Assembly (NCBI RefSeq): GCF_006345805.1
Contig: NC_043006.1
Location: 88,164,001 to 88,228,000 of the forward strand
Source of the DNA: Octopus sinensis
Taxonomy: Eukaryota
Length of the DNA stretch: 64,000 nucleotides
Direction of reading: 5' to 3'
Shown one piece after another: positions 24,791 to 37,058 of this stretch. Both the position numbers and the translations under genes were made by a program. Position 1 is the stretch's first letter; each line of letters begins with the position of its first letter. The notes below the pieces were generated by a model. The model did not search any database, was not told the DNA's origin, and was given only the letters and a program-made list of their open reading frames with translations.

Positions 24791-26715
24791 TGTTACGTGC
24801 CCACAGCACGGAGGCCAGTCGATGCGGTACTGGTACGGCCACGTTCGGATGGTTTTCTTATGTGCCACGTGCCACTGGCACTGGTACCACAAAGATACAA
24901 ATTCCATTGATGTTCATCTATTTTGATTTGTTTTGATTTGATTTTCACTTGCCTCAACAGGTCTTCACAAGTGTCACAAGAAGGAAGGTATGCACAGGTG
25001 GACTGACTACGTCCCAGGTAGGGGCCATGGGTTATGGCCTGACTAGTCTTGCCGGGTCTTCGGATGGTGTTTTTATGTGCACCGACACAGGTGCTAGATG
25101 AGGCTGGCGAACGGCCACGATCGGATGGTGTTTGTCATGTGCCCACCGCACTGACTACGGCACTGATGGATTTCTTGTGTGCCACAGGCACTGGTACCAC
25201 AAGATACAAATTCCATTGATGTTCATCTATTTTGTCTATTTGATTTGATTTGATTTGATTTTCACTTGCCTCAACCGGTCTTCACAAGTGTCACAAGAAG
25301 GAAGGTATGCACAGGTGGACTGACTAGTCTTGCCGGGTCTTCGGAAGGTGTTTTTATGTGCCACCGACAGGTGCCAGATGAGGCTGGCGAACGGCCATGA
25401 TCGGATGTGTGTTTGTTATGTGCCCACAGCACGGAGGCCGGTCGATGCGGAACTGGCTATGGCCACGTTCGGATGGTTCTCATGTGTGCCACCGGCACTG
25501 GTACCACAAAGATACAGATTCCATTGATGTTCATCTATTTTGATTTGTTTTGATTTGATTTGATTTTCACTTGCCTCAACAGGTCTTCACAAGTGTCACA
25601 AGAAGGAAGGTATGCACAGGTGGACTGACTACGTCCCAGGTAGGGGCCATGGTTATGGCCTGACTAGTCTTGCCGGGTCTTCGGATGGTGTTTTTATGTG
25701 CCACCGACACAGGTGCTAGATGAGGCTGGCGAACGGCCACGATCGGATGGTGTTTGTCATGTGCCCACAGAACGGAGGCCAGTCGATGCGGTACTGGCTA
25801 CGGCCACTTTCGGATGGTTTCTCTTGTGTGCCACCGGCACTGGTACCACAAAGATACAAATTCCATTGATGTCATCTATTTTGATTTGTTTTGATTTGAT
25901 TTTGATTTGATTTTCACTTGCCTCAACAGGCCTTTGTTTTCACTTGCCTCAACAGGCCTTCACAAGTATCACAAGGAGGAAGGTATGCACAGGTGGACTG
26001 ACACGTCCAGGTAGGGGCCATGGTTTATGGCCTGACTAGTCTTGCCGGGTCTTCGGAAGGTGTTTTTATGTGCCACCGACACAGGTGCTAGATGAGGCTG
26101 GCGAACGGCCACGACCGGATGGTGTTTGTTATGTGCCCACAGCACGATGGCCAGTGATGCGGTACTGACTACGGCCACGTTCGGATGGATTCTTGTGTGC
26201 CACCGGCACTGGTACCACAAGCGGTACTGACTACGGCCACGTTCGGATGGATTCTTGTGTGCCACTGGCACTGGTACCACAAGGATACAAATTCCATTGA
26301 TGTTCATCTATTTTGATTTGTTTTGATTTGATTTGATTTGATTTGATTTTCACTTGCCTCAGCAGGTCTTCACAAGTCGGAAGGTATGTACAGGTGGACT
26401 GACTACGTCCCAGGTAGGGCCCACGGGTTATGACCTGACTAGTCTTGCCGGGTCTTCGGATGGTGTTTTTATGTGCCACCATGTTCCCACAGCACGGAGG
26501 CCAGTCGATGCGGTACTGGCTACGGCCACGTTCGGATGGTTTTCTTGTGTGCCACAGGCACTGGTACCACAAAGATACAAATTCCATTGATGTTCATCTA
26601 TTTTGATTGATTTTCACTTGCCTCAGCAGGTCTTCACAAGTGTCACAAGAAGGAAGGTATGCACAGGTGGATCGACTATGTCCCAGGTAGGGGCCACGGG
26701 ATATGGCCTGACTAG
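24790..26715. repeat. About 6 diverged 270-400-bp composite tandem units
   Basis: Landmark ctagtc(t/c)tgccgggtc at 25043, 25324, 25664, 26036, 26439 and 26712; variable (atttg)n inside each unit. Confidence 0.9.
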
Positions 26716-27476
26716 TCCTGCCGGGTCCTCTCATGCACAGCACACTTCCATAGGACTCGGTCTTCAGTCATTTCCTTGGTGAGACCTAAAGTTCGAAGGT
26801 CGTGCTTCACCACCTCGTCCCAGGTTTTCCTGGGTCTACCTCTTCCACAGGTTCCCTCAACTGCTAGGGTGTAGCACTTTTGCACACAACTATCTTCAGC
26901 CATTCTCGTCACATGACCATACCAGCGCAGCCGTCTCTCTTGCACACCACAACTGACACTTCTTAGGTTCAACTTTTCTCTCAAAGTACTTACGTCTAAT
27001 TTAATTGAATTAAATGATGATATGTTTCAGAAATATTAATATATCCCCCACTCAGCAAGTATAATAGATTCCAGTTAAAGTACAGATCATTCAAATATAA
27101 GGAAAATTCTAAATATTTTATAGACACAACTGTCCATATTTGTATGTTTATATATAAATATGTATATATGTATATGTTCTGTTAGGATGTAAGCAAATAA
27201 AAGCAATACAGATAAACACATCAGCAATGAAGAAAATGAGTTCTGTCACAAAATATGGAATAATAGCAATAGATCATAAATAAGGAGAGTAAACTGGATA
27301 CAGAAACAAAAGACAAAGCACCACGAACAAAGCTGAGCAGAGATAACAACTGCAAAAGTCATGTATATACTAAAGTCAAAAACAGCATTTGGATACTGCA
27401 CAGTGGTGATATATATGTGTGTGTGTGTGTATAAATACAAATATATATATATATATACAACTATATATATGAACAA

Positions 27477-27514
<38 letters not shown>

Positions 27515-27552
27515 CATATATATGTATACATACATATATATATATATATATT

Positions 27553-30500
27553 CCCTCTGATTTTTCTGATTCCCAAACCTATTTATCGATAATGTTGATT
27601 TTCAAACCTATTTATCAAATGTTTATTATCGACAATGCCGTCTCTAGTCAAATTTCCTCACACCGCTTTATCGCCACGTGTTCCTTGACCTCTCTCTCTA
27701 ACTAACCCTATCTCTCTCCCTGTTTCTCTATGTCCCCCTCTTCCCATAACCATCATCGCCATATCTCTCTCCCTAGGTTTCTCTATGCCCCCCCACTTCC
27801 ATAACCATCATCGCCATATATAAAAGAGCGATCGCATTATCGTTAACCCCACTCGCTTCAAAATATCTAAAGACGAAATACGCACAGATCATGAATGGCT
27901 AAAGCTAAGTGAATCGTTCAACCTCGCTACGACTACCTTCTATCTTGCACTTATCTTTATTCTTTCCCTATTCTTCAATTTCCATCTCATTGTATTGTTC
28001 CTCATTCTTTCAGTATTCCCTCATTACCCTGTCTAGCTCAAACATTTTTTTCGTTTAGTCTTGTCTCCCGGTTCACAGCCACTCTGATTTTTCAAACCCA
28101 TTTGCTAGCTCCGATTTAACAGAACCTTACTAACCTACAGTGCACCCGCCCTCCCACCCCCACCACACATGCCGGAAGTTCCTATTCTTTGCCATTCCGG
28201 GGTTGCTTCCCATGAAGACTGCAAATGCTCTCACCATCCCTACCCCTCCCTACCCCTAGTCTCGACCTATGTAAGGTAATGTTCATACAGTGCAAAATAT
28301 GAAAGGCTAGTGTTATGCAGGTTGTACTGAAGGCTACTTTACTACTTCATTTCTTGCACATGAATTCTGCCAAATGCGAGCTTTCTTTTCAGGTACACGA
28401 AGCTACTGTCCACCATCCCAGGGTCTCTAGAGCCCATGCCTCCCACACCCTCAGGGTTGGCACCCTCAACGTTGGCACTCTGAAAGGTAGGTCTGGTGAG
28501 ATAGTCGAGATGCTTGAACGGAGATGTGTGGATATATGTTGCATGCAAGAAATAAGGTGGAGAGGAGGATCAGCTAGGTTCCTCACAGGCAAGGAACGCA
28601 GGTACAAGATTTTCTGGGCAGGGAACACTGACGGGGTTGGTGGCGTGGGTATACTTATCGCTGAGAAATGGGTAGATAAAGTAATTGAGGTAATCAGAGT
28701 ATGTAACAGAATACTTAAGATTAGATTAGTGCTTCATCATAGTTTAGCAACCATTATATCAGCCTATGCTCCTCAGTCGGGGCTACCCGATGGACAGAAA
28801 GACCGATTCTATGACACTCTACTGCAGACTACCTCGTTGACGAACGACAGAGACCTTATCTTTGTGGCTGGTGACTTCAATGGTCACGTTGGACGACATG
28901 CTGGGGGCTTCCATGGCGTACATGGAGGCTATGGCTATGGCTCCCGCAACGAGGTGGGAACCAGGCTGCTGGAGTTCTGCGATGCAAATAATCTTATGAT
29001 TTGCAACACTAACTCCAGGAAACCTACCAGCCACCTAGTCACTTACCGATCGGGCCAACATACCAGCCAAATTGACTACATCCTTGCAAGGCAAAGGGAG
29101 AGATGGCTGCTTATAAATGCCAAAACCTTCCCAGGTGAAGAATGTACCCCACAACATAGACTGGTAGTTAGTGACTTTAGGATCAGGACTAGCAGGACAA
29201 CCAGAAGACGACCAATATGGAGAAGAAGGATCTGGAAACTTAAAGATCCTGCAAATGGACAGAGATTTAGAGACATATTACTTGAAGCCTCTGACGAAGT
29301 AGAAGGGGATAGAGCATCACAGGGGGTAGAAGACAGCTGGACGTTTCTAAGGGACAACCTGCTGAGAGCCACTGACCAGATCTGTGGCTGGTGCAAAGTC
29401 CCCTCTCGACCTAGAATAACGTGATGGTGGAACAATATTGTAGACAGGGCTATTAGAGAAAAGAGACAGGCTTGGAAGGTCTGGAAAAATGGGGGTAGCA
29501 GGGAATTGTATCAGACTGCCAAAAGAGAAGCTAAGAGACAGGTTTATTTAGCCAGAGGGGAAGCAGATAAGAAAAAATTTGCAAATGTTCTGCGCCGTGA
29601 GGACCAAAGACTGGAGGTGTTTCATGTTGCAAGACAGTGTGTGAGAGAGAATCGCGATGTGGTAGGAGAGAAGTGTGTTCGCATGGAAGATGGTTCACTT
29701 GCGCTAAATGAGGATGCAAAGAGAGAGGTTTGGAGATGCCACTATGAAAGTTTGCTGAATAACGAAAATGAATGGGATAAAGAGAGTCTGCCGAATGTTG
29801 ACCCAACAGAGGGACCAACTATCCGAGTTGATAGTTCCGTGGTAGCTAAGGCAATTAGAAGCATGAAGACAGGAAAAGTCCCAGGCCCATCAGGAATCAC
29901 TGCAGAGATGTTCAAAATGTCTGGTAGTGTCGGCTATAGCCTAGTCACCCATATAGTTAATCAGGTGATACACAAAGGAGTCATACCCAATGACTGGTGT
30001 AGCAGCATAATAGTCAACTGCTACAAAGGTAAAGGTGACGACCTAGATACAAATAACTACAGAGGTATCAAGCTGTTGGATCAGGTGATGAAGGTTACGG
30101 AGAGGGTCATAGCCCAACTAATTAGAGAGAGAGTTAGTTTAGATGAGATGCAGTTTGGGTTCATGCCAGGGAAAAGTACTACTGATGCTATATTCCTGGT
30201 AAGGCAGCTGCAGGAGAAATACCTAGCCAAAGATAAGCCCCTGTACCTGGCTTTTGTTGACATGGAGAAAGCCTTCGACAGGGTCCCCCGATCCCTTATC
30301 TGGTGGGCAATGAGGAAACTAGGGATAGATGAATGGTTAGTGAGAGCTGTGCGGGCCATGTATAGGGATGCTGCTAGTAGGATGAGGGTTGGAAACGAGT
30401 ACAGTGAAGAATTCCGGGTAGAGGTAGGGGTCCACCAAGGTTCAGTACTCAGCCCCCTCCTATTTATCATAGTCCTCCAGGCAATAACGGAGGAATTCAA

Positions 30501-31916
30501 GACAGGATGCCCTTGGGAGCTCCTCTATGCTGATGACTTTGCTCTAATTGCTGAGTCGCTATCAGAACTGGAGGAGAAGTTTCAGGTGTGGAAACAAGGA
30601 TTAGAATCGAAGGGCCTCAGAGTCAATCTAGCTAAAACCAAAGTCGTAATCAGTAGGAAGGTAGACAAATCACAAACGCCTTCAAGTAGATGGCCCTGCT
30701 CGATCTGTAGAAAAGGTGTAGGTAGAAACTCTATAAGATGCACCAAGTGTAAGCTATGGACACATAAGAGGTGCAGCAATGTCAAAGGAAGGCTAACTAG
30801 GAAGATGGTTTTTGTATTGGCAGATGCTCAGGAACAATAAACACTGAAAATGCTCTGAGACCAACTTCCGTCACTTTCCAGGGAGAAAAACTAGAAATAG
30901 TTGATAGTTTCCGTTACCTAGGTGACCAAGTCAGCAGCGGGGGCGGGTGTGCTGAAAGTGTAACTGCTGGAGTAAGAATAGCTTGGGCAAAGTTCAGAGA
31001 GCTCTTACCTCTGCTGGTGACAAAAGGCCTCTCGCACAGAGTGAAAGGCAGACTGTATGATGCGTGTGTACGAACAGCCATGCTACATGGCAGTGAAACA
31101 TGGGCCGTGACTGCTGAGGATATGCGTAAGCTTGCAAGAAATGAAGCCAGTATGCTCCGATGGATGTGTAATGTCAGTGTTCATAATCGACAGAGTGTAA
31201 GTACCTTGAGAGAAAAGCTGGACCTAAGAAGCATCAGTTGTGGTGTGCAAGAGAGACGATTGCGCTGGTATGGTCATGTGGCGAGAATGGATGTAGATAG
31301 TTGTGTGAAAAAGTGCCACACCCTAGCGGTTGAGGGAACCTGTGGAAGAGGCAGACCCAGGAAAACCTGGGACGAGGTGGTGAAGCACGACCTTCTAACT
31401 TTAGGTCTCACTGAGGAAATGACTAGAGACCGAGTCCTCTGGAAGTGTGCTGTGCGCGAGAAGACCCGGCAGGACAAGTGAGTCCATAACCCGTGGCCTT
31501 CTACTTGGGATGGAGCCAGCCTACGTATGCATACCTTCCCTTCAATGGAAATTGCAGATGTGTTACCAGTGCCGGTGGCATGTAAGAGAACCTTCCGTTT
31601 CGCGACCGTTGCCAGCACCGCCCCGTTTTGTGTCCGTTGCCAGCCTCGCCTGGCCCTTGTGCCGGTGGCACATAAAAAGCACCATCCGTTCGTGGCCATT
31701 TGCCAGCTCTGTCTGGCACCTGTGCGGGTGGCACGTAAAAAGCACCCACTACACTCACAGAGTGGTTGGCGTTAGGAAGGGCATCCAGCCGTAGAAACAC
31801 TGCCAGATTTGACTGGGCCTGATGAAGCCTTCTGGCTTCACAGACCCCAGTAGAACCGTCCAACCCATGCTAGCATGGAAAACGGACGCTAAACGACGAT
31901 GATGATGATGATGATG
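27553..31916 (+). mobile_element. Nearly full-length RTE-clade non-LTR retrotransposon (5' boundary uncertain)
   Basis: APE + RT ORF followed by a 3' UTR ending in (GAT)n at about 31898-31916; no target-site duplication found. Confidence 0.9.
28315..31481 (+). pseudogene. RTE ORF: AP endonuclease, reverse transcriptase and PHD-like finger; two disabling lesions
   Basis: APE motifs NVGTL, QEIRW, SAYAP, GDFNGHVG, IDYIL; RT motifs QFGF, FVDMEKAFDRV, GVHQGSVLSP, YADD (30526-30537). In-frame TGA at 29422-29424 (TGG expected in TWWWNN); 1-bp deletion near 30817 restores the frame to EIVDSFRYLG...LHGSETW. Confidence 0.93.
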
Positions 31917-32579
31917 CAAGACTACCCATTACTTGTTAGGTCCCCAGCAGCTTAAGGTACCCCAAAAACCTGTGTATCTTAGGAATCCTTGGTTCAATTT
32001 ATGCAAAACTTCTGTTAATCCATGTGTATTCATATTTCAATGGTACCTTACTTTCAAAGCATTTTCCCATTATATGCCCATCTGCCTATTTATAAAGGTA
32101 CTCAAAAAATATTGTGTATCTCAGTAACCTGTGGTCCGATTTATGCAAAACTTAATCTATTCCCTTTTTATTCACATGAGCATCTGATTCATGGTGTCTG
32201 CTGCTTTTGTCTCTTTCCTCTGCTTTGCCACACACTCAGCTCTCCAAGTGTCCAATTCCTGATCTCTCCTTATGTCTCTTTACCCCTGTTCTGCCAGATG
32301 CTCAGACCTTGCTTTACTGGTCTCATTAATCTTTCTATTTACATACCTATCATAATCTTGGATAAATATTTCGGAAAGGACCCATTCGTACTTCGGTGTG
32401 AAATAATTTTTTCTACAGGTTTTTTTGGAGTGCATTCAACGTATCTCAACAGCAAACCCACCACAAGCCACTTTCTTTTGGAAAAGTATGGGTTGTGGGG
32501 ACCTCCGAAACTCTGAGCTTTCCACCAATGGAGTTTTGTTTCATGAGAATACATATATACATACATACATATATATATA

Positions 32580-32726
32580 CATATACACACATACATACAT
32601 ATATATATATACACACATATATATATACATACATGTATACATATATATATATATATATATATACAGAAAGATGCATATATACATACATATATATATATAT
32701 GTATATATATACAGAAAGATGCATAT

Positions 32727-32769
<43 letters not shown>

Positions 32770-32780
32770 CAGAAAGCTGC

Positions 32781-32848
<68 letters not shown>

Positions 32849-33229
32849 TATATACAGAAAGATGCATATATACATACATACATACATATATATGTATATA
32901 TATATATTTGAAACTGACTTATTGGAAGTCCACCTGAAGATTGTCGATCAAGACAAGAAACGATTGTAGTGGCGGTTTTTTTGACTATTTATTAAAATTT
33001 TATGTATTGATTAAGTCTTTCCTTGTTTGTTTTGCAAAATAGTGGTTTTGTCTCTAATAATATTTTATATATATATATATATATATATACAGAAAGATGC
33101 ATATATACATACATATATATATATATATACAGAAAGATGCATATATACATACATATATACATATGGTGGTGCTATTAAGTTAGACATGGCCTGGGCCAAT
33201 AATGGCCGAAACCTATCAAGGTATCAAAG

Positions 33230-33269
<40 letters not shown>

Positions 33270-33300
33270 CAGAAAGATGCATATATACATACATATATAC

Positions 33301-33347
<47 letters not shown>

Positions 33348-33437
33348 AGATGCATATATACATATATATATATACATACATATATACATATATATATATA
33401 CATACATATATATATATATGTATATACACACATATAT

Positions 33438-33476
<39 letters not shown>

Positions 33477-33531
33477 CATATATATATACATATATACACA
33501 CATACATACATACATATATATACATATATAT

Positions 33532-33565
<34 letters not shown>

Positions 33566-33580
33566 ACATACATACATACT
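32580..33580. repeat. Mosaic (TA)n array with 8 embedded acagaaag(a/c)tgca units and two unique modules
   Basis: Units at 32663, 32711, 32769, 32854, 33089, 33129, 33269 and 33342; modules at 32908-33065 and 33164-33227. Confidence 0.9.
32930..32972 (+). ncRNA. Minimal type-I hammerhead ribozyme, intact core
   Basis: CCAC-CUGAAGA-UUGUC/GACAA-GAAAC-GAUU-GUA^GUGG; predicted cleavage after 32968; helix III segment ACGAUUGU is self-complementary (dimer-type). Confidence 0.75.
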
Positions 33581-35264
33581 ACACTTTTGGCTAACAGACA
33601 TAACAAAACGCGCAAGTCTTTTTAATGTTATTCTTAAAAGAAAAAACAACAGAGACAATACCAGAGCTACTAGGAAAAAATCCAAGAACAACGAACATTC
33701 TTATGATTATACAGCTATCATCTAACTATCAATGAAACACGAAATTCTCAAATCAATAATTTCTCACTGTAAATGCCTTCCTGAAAGAGAATAACATCTA
33801 ATCAGATGAGTAAAAGTGATGGTGAAGTGAGAGTTAAGACTCTAAAAATCATCTGCTGATAAATAAGCAATAAGCAAAGATTGTAAGAATTGAGAAAAAT
33901 TGCAAGGCAAAGATTGACAGCAAAAATACTTTTCACAGAATTCCAGATAAATGGACTCTGCAAACACTAACTATACATGTATAGCACCAGTCAAAATTAT
34001 ATAAACACATACATACACACACATATATATAACATATACACACACATGCATATTTCTGCGTGTATGAGAGAGAGAGAGAGAGAGTGTGTGTGCCTGTGCA
34101 TGTGCATGTGTACGTGCATGCATGTGTGAATCAAATGACGGGAAACAACAAAACACCTACATAAAACATAATGATAACTCACACGTGTACGTAGATGTAT
34201 ATTCCAAAAGGATTATTCCTCTTCTATTAACACAAAAGACTTCTATCCACCAGACTGGCGATAGAAGCATTATGGAATGACTATAAACCATCTCTTATAT
34301 GATTGATTTAAAGTTATATAAAAGTGAGGAAGACCAGTTGAACATTTTATAACAAGCACTACAGGGTTTATAATAGGAATGTACAGAAGCACAATGCAAG
34401 TATACAATTATTGGTTTGATGGGTTGTAGCCTCATCTTCAGAGATAAAACATTTTATATTTACACCTACACTACTAAAGCTGATTGAAGTTTTCAACTCA
34501 CTACATAACATGTGTGAGTCCCAAGAGAGTTTCTTTCTTTGTAGTATATGGAACACTTCCCTGGGGTATTTTTCCAACAGCTTTATTGTTAACGTTCAGA
34601 GTTAATACCTGGCACTGGAATGAAATTGAAGTTATGTTATGAAGTGAAATTGAAAGGATTTTCTCTTTACCAAACTTTATCAATATCTTGATGAAATTTC
34701 ATTGATGTCTTAGTTAGAGTGTTGTAAACGTTTTTATAAGCTTAGTCCAGCTGCCAGCTAATACCATTGGAGAAAAGAAAATAATACTCCTTCAAGGTAG
34801 TTGTAGTATACATGTGGACAGGTGTATGTGATTATGAAAAAGAAAATACACACGCACACACATTTTGAACATACACATGTCTTTGAGATGGAACAAATAA
34901 CTAAATGATAACAACTGGAAGTTTTAGAAAACTGAAATAGAAATGTAAGAACATATATATCAGAGTAGAAAATTACTATTTGTGAATCTCACAACGAGAG
35001 ATATTCAGCAAATGCATAAAAATAATTTTTAATTCCATTAGACATTCTAAAATACTATTAAAATACTTCAATTTTAAAAAAGGCAAAATTGGACAGAACT
35101 TATGGGATGACCTGATACATTATTTCAAGTATTCCAAAGTATATAATTACATATTCCAAAGTACATAACTACAAACTGGTTTCACTTTTTATAGGAGATA
35201 TTTATTACAATGTACATGTTTAATAGCTAGCTACTATCATTCATTTAATTTATAGTATGCCTAA

Positions 35265-35410
35265 GGCAGCAAGCTAGTAGAATTGTTAGCACACTGGGCA
35301 AAATGCTGAGTGGTATTTCATCTGTCTTTACACTCTGAGTTCAACTTCTGCCAAGGTCTACTTTACCTTTCATTCTTTTGGAGGTTGATAAATTAAGTAC
35401 CAGTTGCGTA
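35265..35410 (+). mobile_element. tRNA-headed SINE with a Meta-like central domain
   Basis: Head ggcagcaagctagtagaattgttagc..gagttcaac; ccttt(t)cattcttttggaggttgataaattaagtaccag resembles the MetaSINE core; a sister fragment lies at 52889-53015. Confidence 0.55.
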
Positions 35411-35759
35411 CTTACTGTATTTACCATTATCTCCCTTGTTACCCAGTGAGTCTATAACAAAACCACAAACTAAAATTGATTCAACTACAGTTTTGAAGAA
35501 ATATTTTCTAATATTTTTGTGGAAGACTAAATTTCCATATCCAAACAGTTAAGCACTCCCTACACTTTACTAATCCTAATTTCCACATCACTCGTAGATT
35601 TGGACATGTGTCAACCAAGGTATTTGTAATTCTTAGTTTTTCTTTATGTTTTCTCAACTCAGAGAGTGCAAGCTTTCAGTTCCATTATGGTTGTAAGACA
35701 TATATTCTATTTTAGAAATATTGATATAAGTCTGATTTCTGTGTGAGAGTACCACCTTG

Positions 35760-36075
35760 TAGCACTCCATCAGAATGTTCCATACTGTTCTAAATATCTC
35801 ATGGTGTCAAACATATGACAAACAAAGACATCCTATATATCACAGGGATAATACAAGAGCCCAAGGTGAGATTTATTGGTCACTGCTGGTATAACAAGGA
35901 GGTGGTAGCTGAATTTCTTTTGCAGCAACCTTCTCATAGTAAACAGAGAAGAGGTAGATTAGCAAAATCCAATATCAATGAAACCAATCGTTAGAAGACA
36001 TTGGATGTATTATCCAAGAGATTAAAAATGCCATGGATGACAGAGGAATTGAAGACATGTGTCAAGAATGCTCAG
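35760..36075 (+). mobile_element. Old RTE-like LINE 3' ORF remnant
   Basis: Degenerate RFIGHCW..KEVVAEFLLQQPSHSKQRRGR. Confidence 0.55.
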
Positions 36076-36774
36076 AAGTTCTCAAACCATTAACTATATA
36101 CACACACACACACACTTGTGTGTGAATGTGCATATGTGTCTGTTGGTAAATGTTTACATTCTGTTCTTCACATGAAAATCAGTGATAACAAATTATGTAG
36201 TGGTCCTCTGCTTTCAAAGGTGGGTAGAAAGAAAAATCCCTGACTTGAAAATCGAGTGACAGAAAGGTTGTCTGACTTTAAAATAATACTTCAGTTATAT
36301 ACATGTTTAACCCATGCTCATCAAAAAAAAAAAAAAAAATGCAAAATAAATGAATGAAAAATAAACTAACTTTAAGCAAAAATATTTTTGTATCTTTCCT
36401 AGATAATATTCAGCGAGAATTCAACAAAATTTTATCTAAATTCCACTTTTCTAGATAAATCAACTATTAATGCAAGTATTTCTGATAATTTAGTCTGTCC
36501 CAATCCAAATACTATAAAAATTTTATTGCCTTTTTATGAATTATATATATTTACTGTTTTATTTTTATTTGCATTGTTACTATATATTAACTTTCAAAAA
36601 TCATTAGTTCCATAGAGAATTTAGCTTTTAAAAACTTTATTGCCTGCATGTTTATGTATTTGTTTGTTTCTTGTACATTAAACCAATGAGTTAAAAAGAA
36701 GCAGGATTTGTAAAACCCTATTTTGGAAATATTGCATGATATCATCATTATCAATAGCAGAATCATTGTTTAAA

Positions 36775-36930
36775 TGTTCACTTTTCCATACTAGCATGTG
36801 TAAGACAAAATTCATAGAGGGAGATTTTGTACAACCAGATGTCTTTCCTACCTCCAGCCCTCCCCTGTTTCCGAGCAAAGTATTTTTTCCCCATGACTAG
36901 ACATGTTTCCACAGAAAATTGGAAATGATC
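36775..36930 (-). mobile_element. SINE 3' part with RTE-derived tail
   Basis: Reverse-complement similarity to 49600-49760. Confidence 0.55.
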
Positions 36931-37058
36931 AACACTATGTTGTATGATAGTGACACTTGTCAATAACTACTATGTAAATATCAAGTGAAAGAAATATACA
37001 TGCATACATGTATACACACATATATATATGTGTGAATATATATATATATATATATATA

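Larger units (their letters stand above)
23982..26993 (-). mobile_element. 5'-truncated RTE LINE with a tandemly expanded 3' UTR
   Basis: 26712-26993 encodes the RT-ORF C-terminus (RLRWYGHV..RGRPRKTW), about 90% identical by eye to 31198-31481; ends in (GAT)n at 23982-24007. Confidence 0.92.

Noticed and set aside
24009-24926. Repetitive 140-250-aa ORFs
   Set aside because: Open on both strands and in several frames because the GC-rich repeat unit lacks stops; the frame shifts with T-tract length.
24163-26715. CRISPR-like array
   Set aside because: Units are contiguous with no unique spacers, the context is eukaryotic, and they derive from a LINE 3' UTR.
28170-28235. HDV-like ribozyme in the RTE 5' leader
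   Set aside because: CCGGAA/TTCCGG could form P1, but only 17 nt lie between the strands, too few for P2, P3 and L3.
31817-31845. Hammerhead in the RTE 3' UTR (CTGATGA-AGCC/GGCT)
   Set aside because: No GAAA follows the hairpin, and the other copies lack CTGATGA.
33164-33227. Hammerhead (GGCCA/TGGCC hairpin + GAAAC)
   Set aside because: No CUGANGA strand here or in the related copy near 8860-8915.
34502-34614. Candidate internal exon (-): CQVLTLNVNNKAVGKIPQG...THVM, with ccag acceptor and GTGAGT donor
   Set aside because: No recognised protein similarity, and it is on the opposite strand to the other candidates; compatible with chance.
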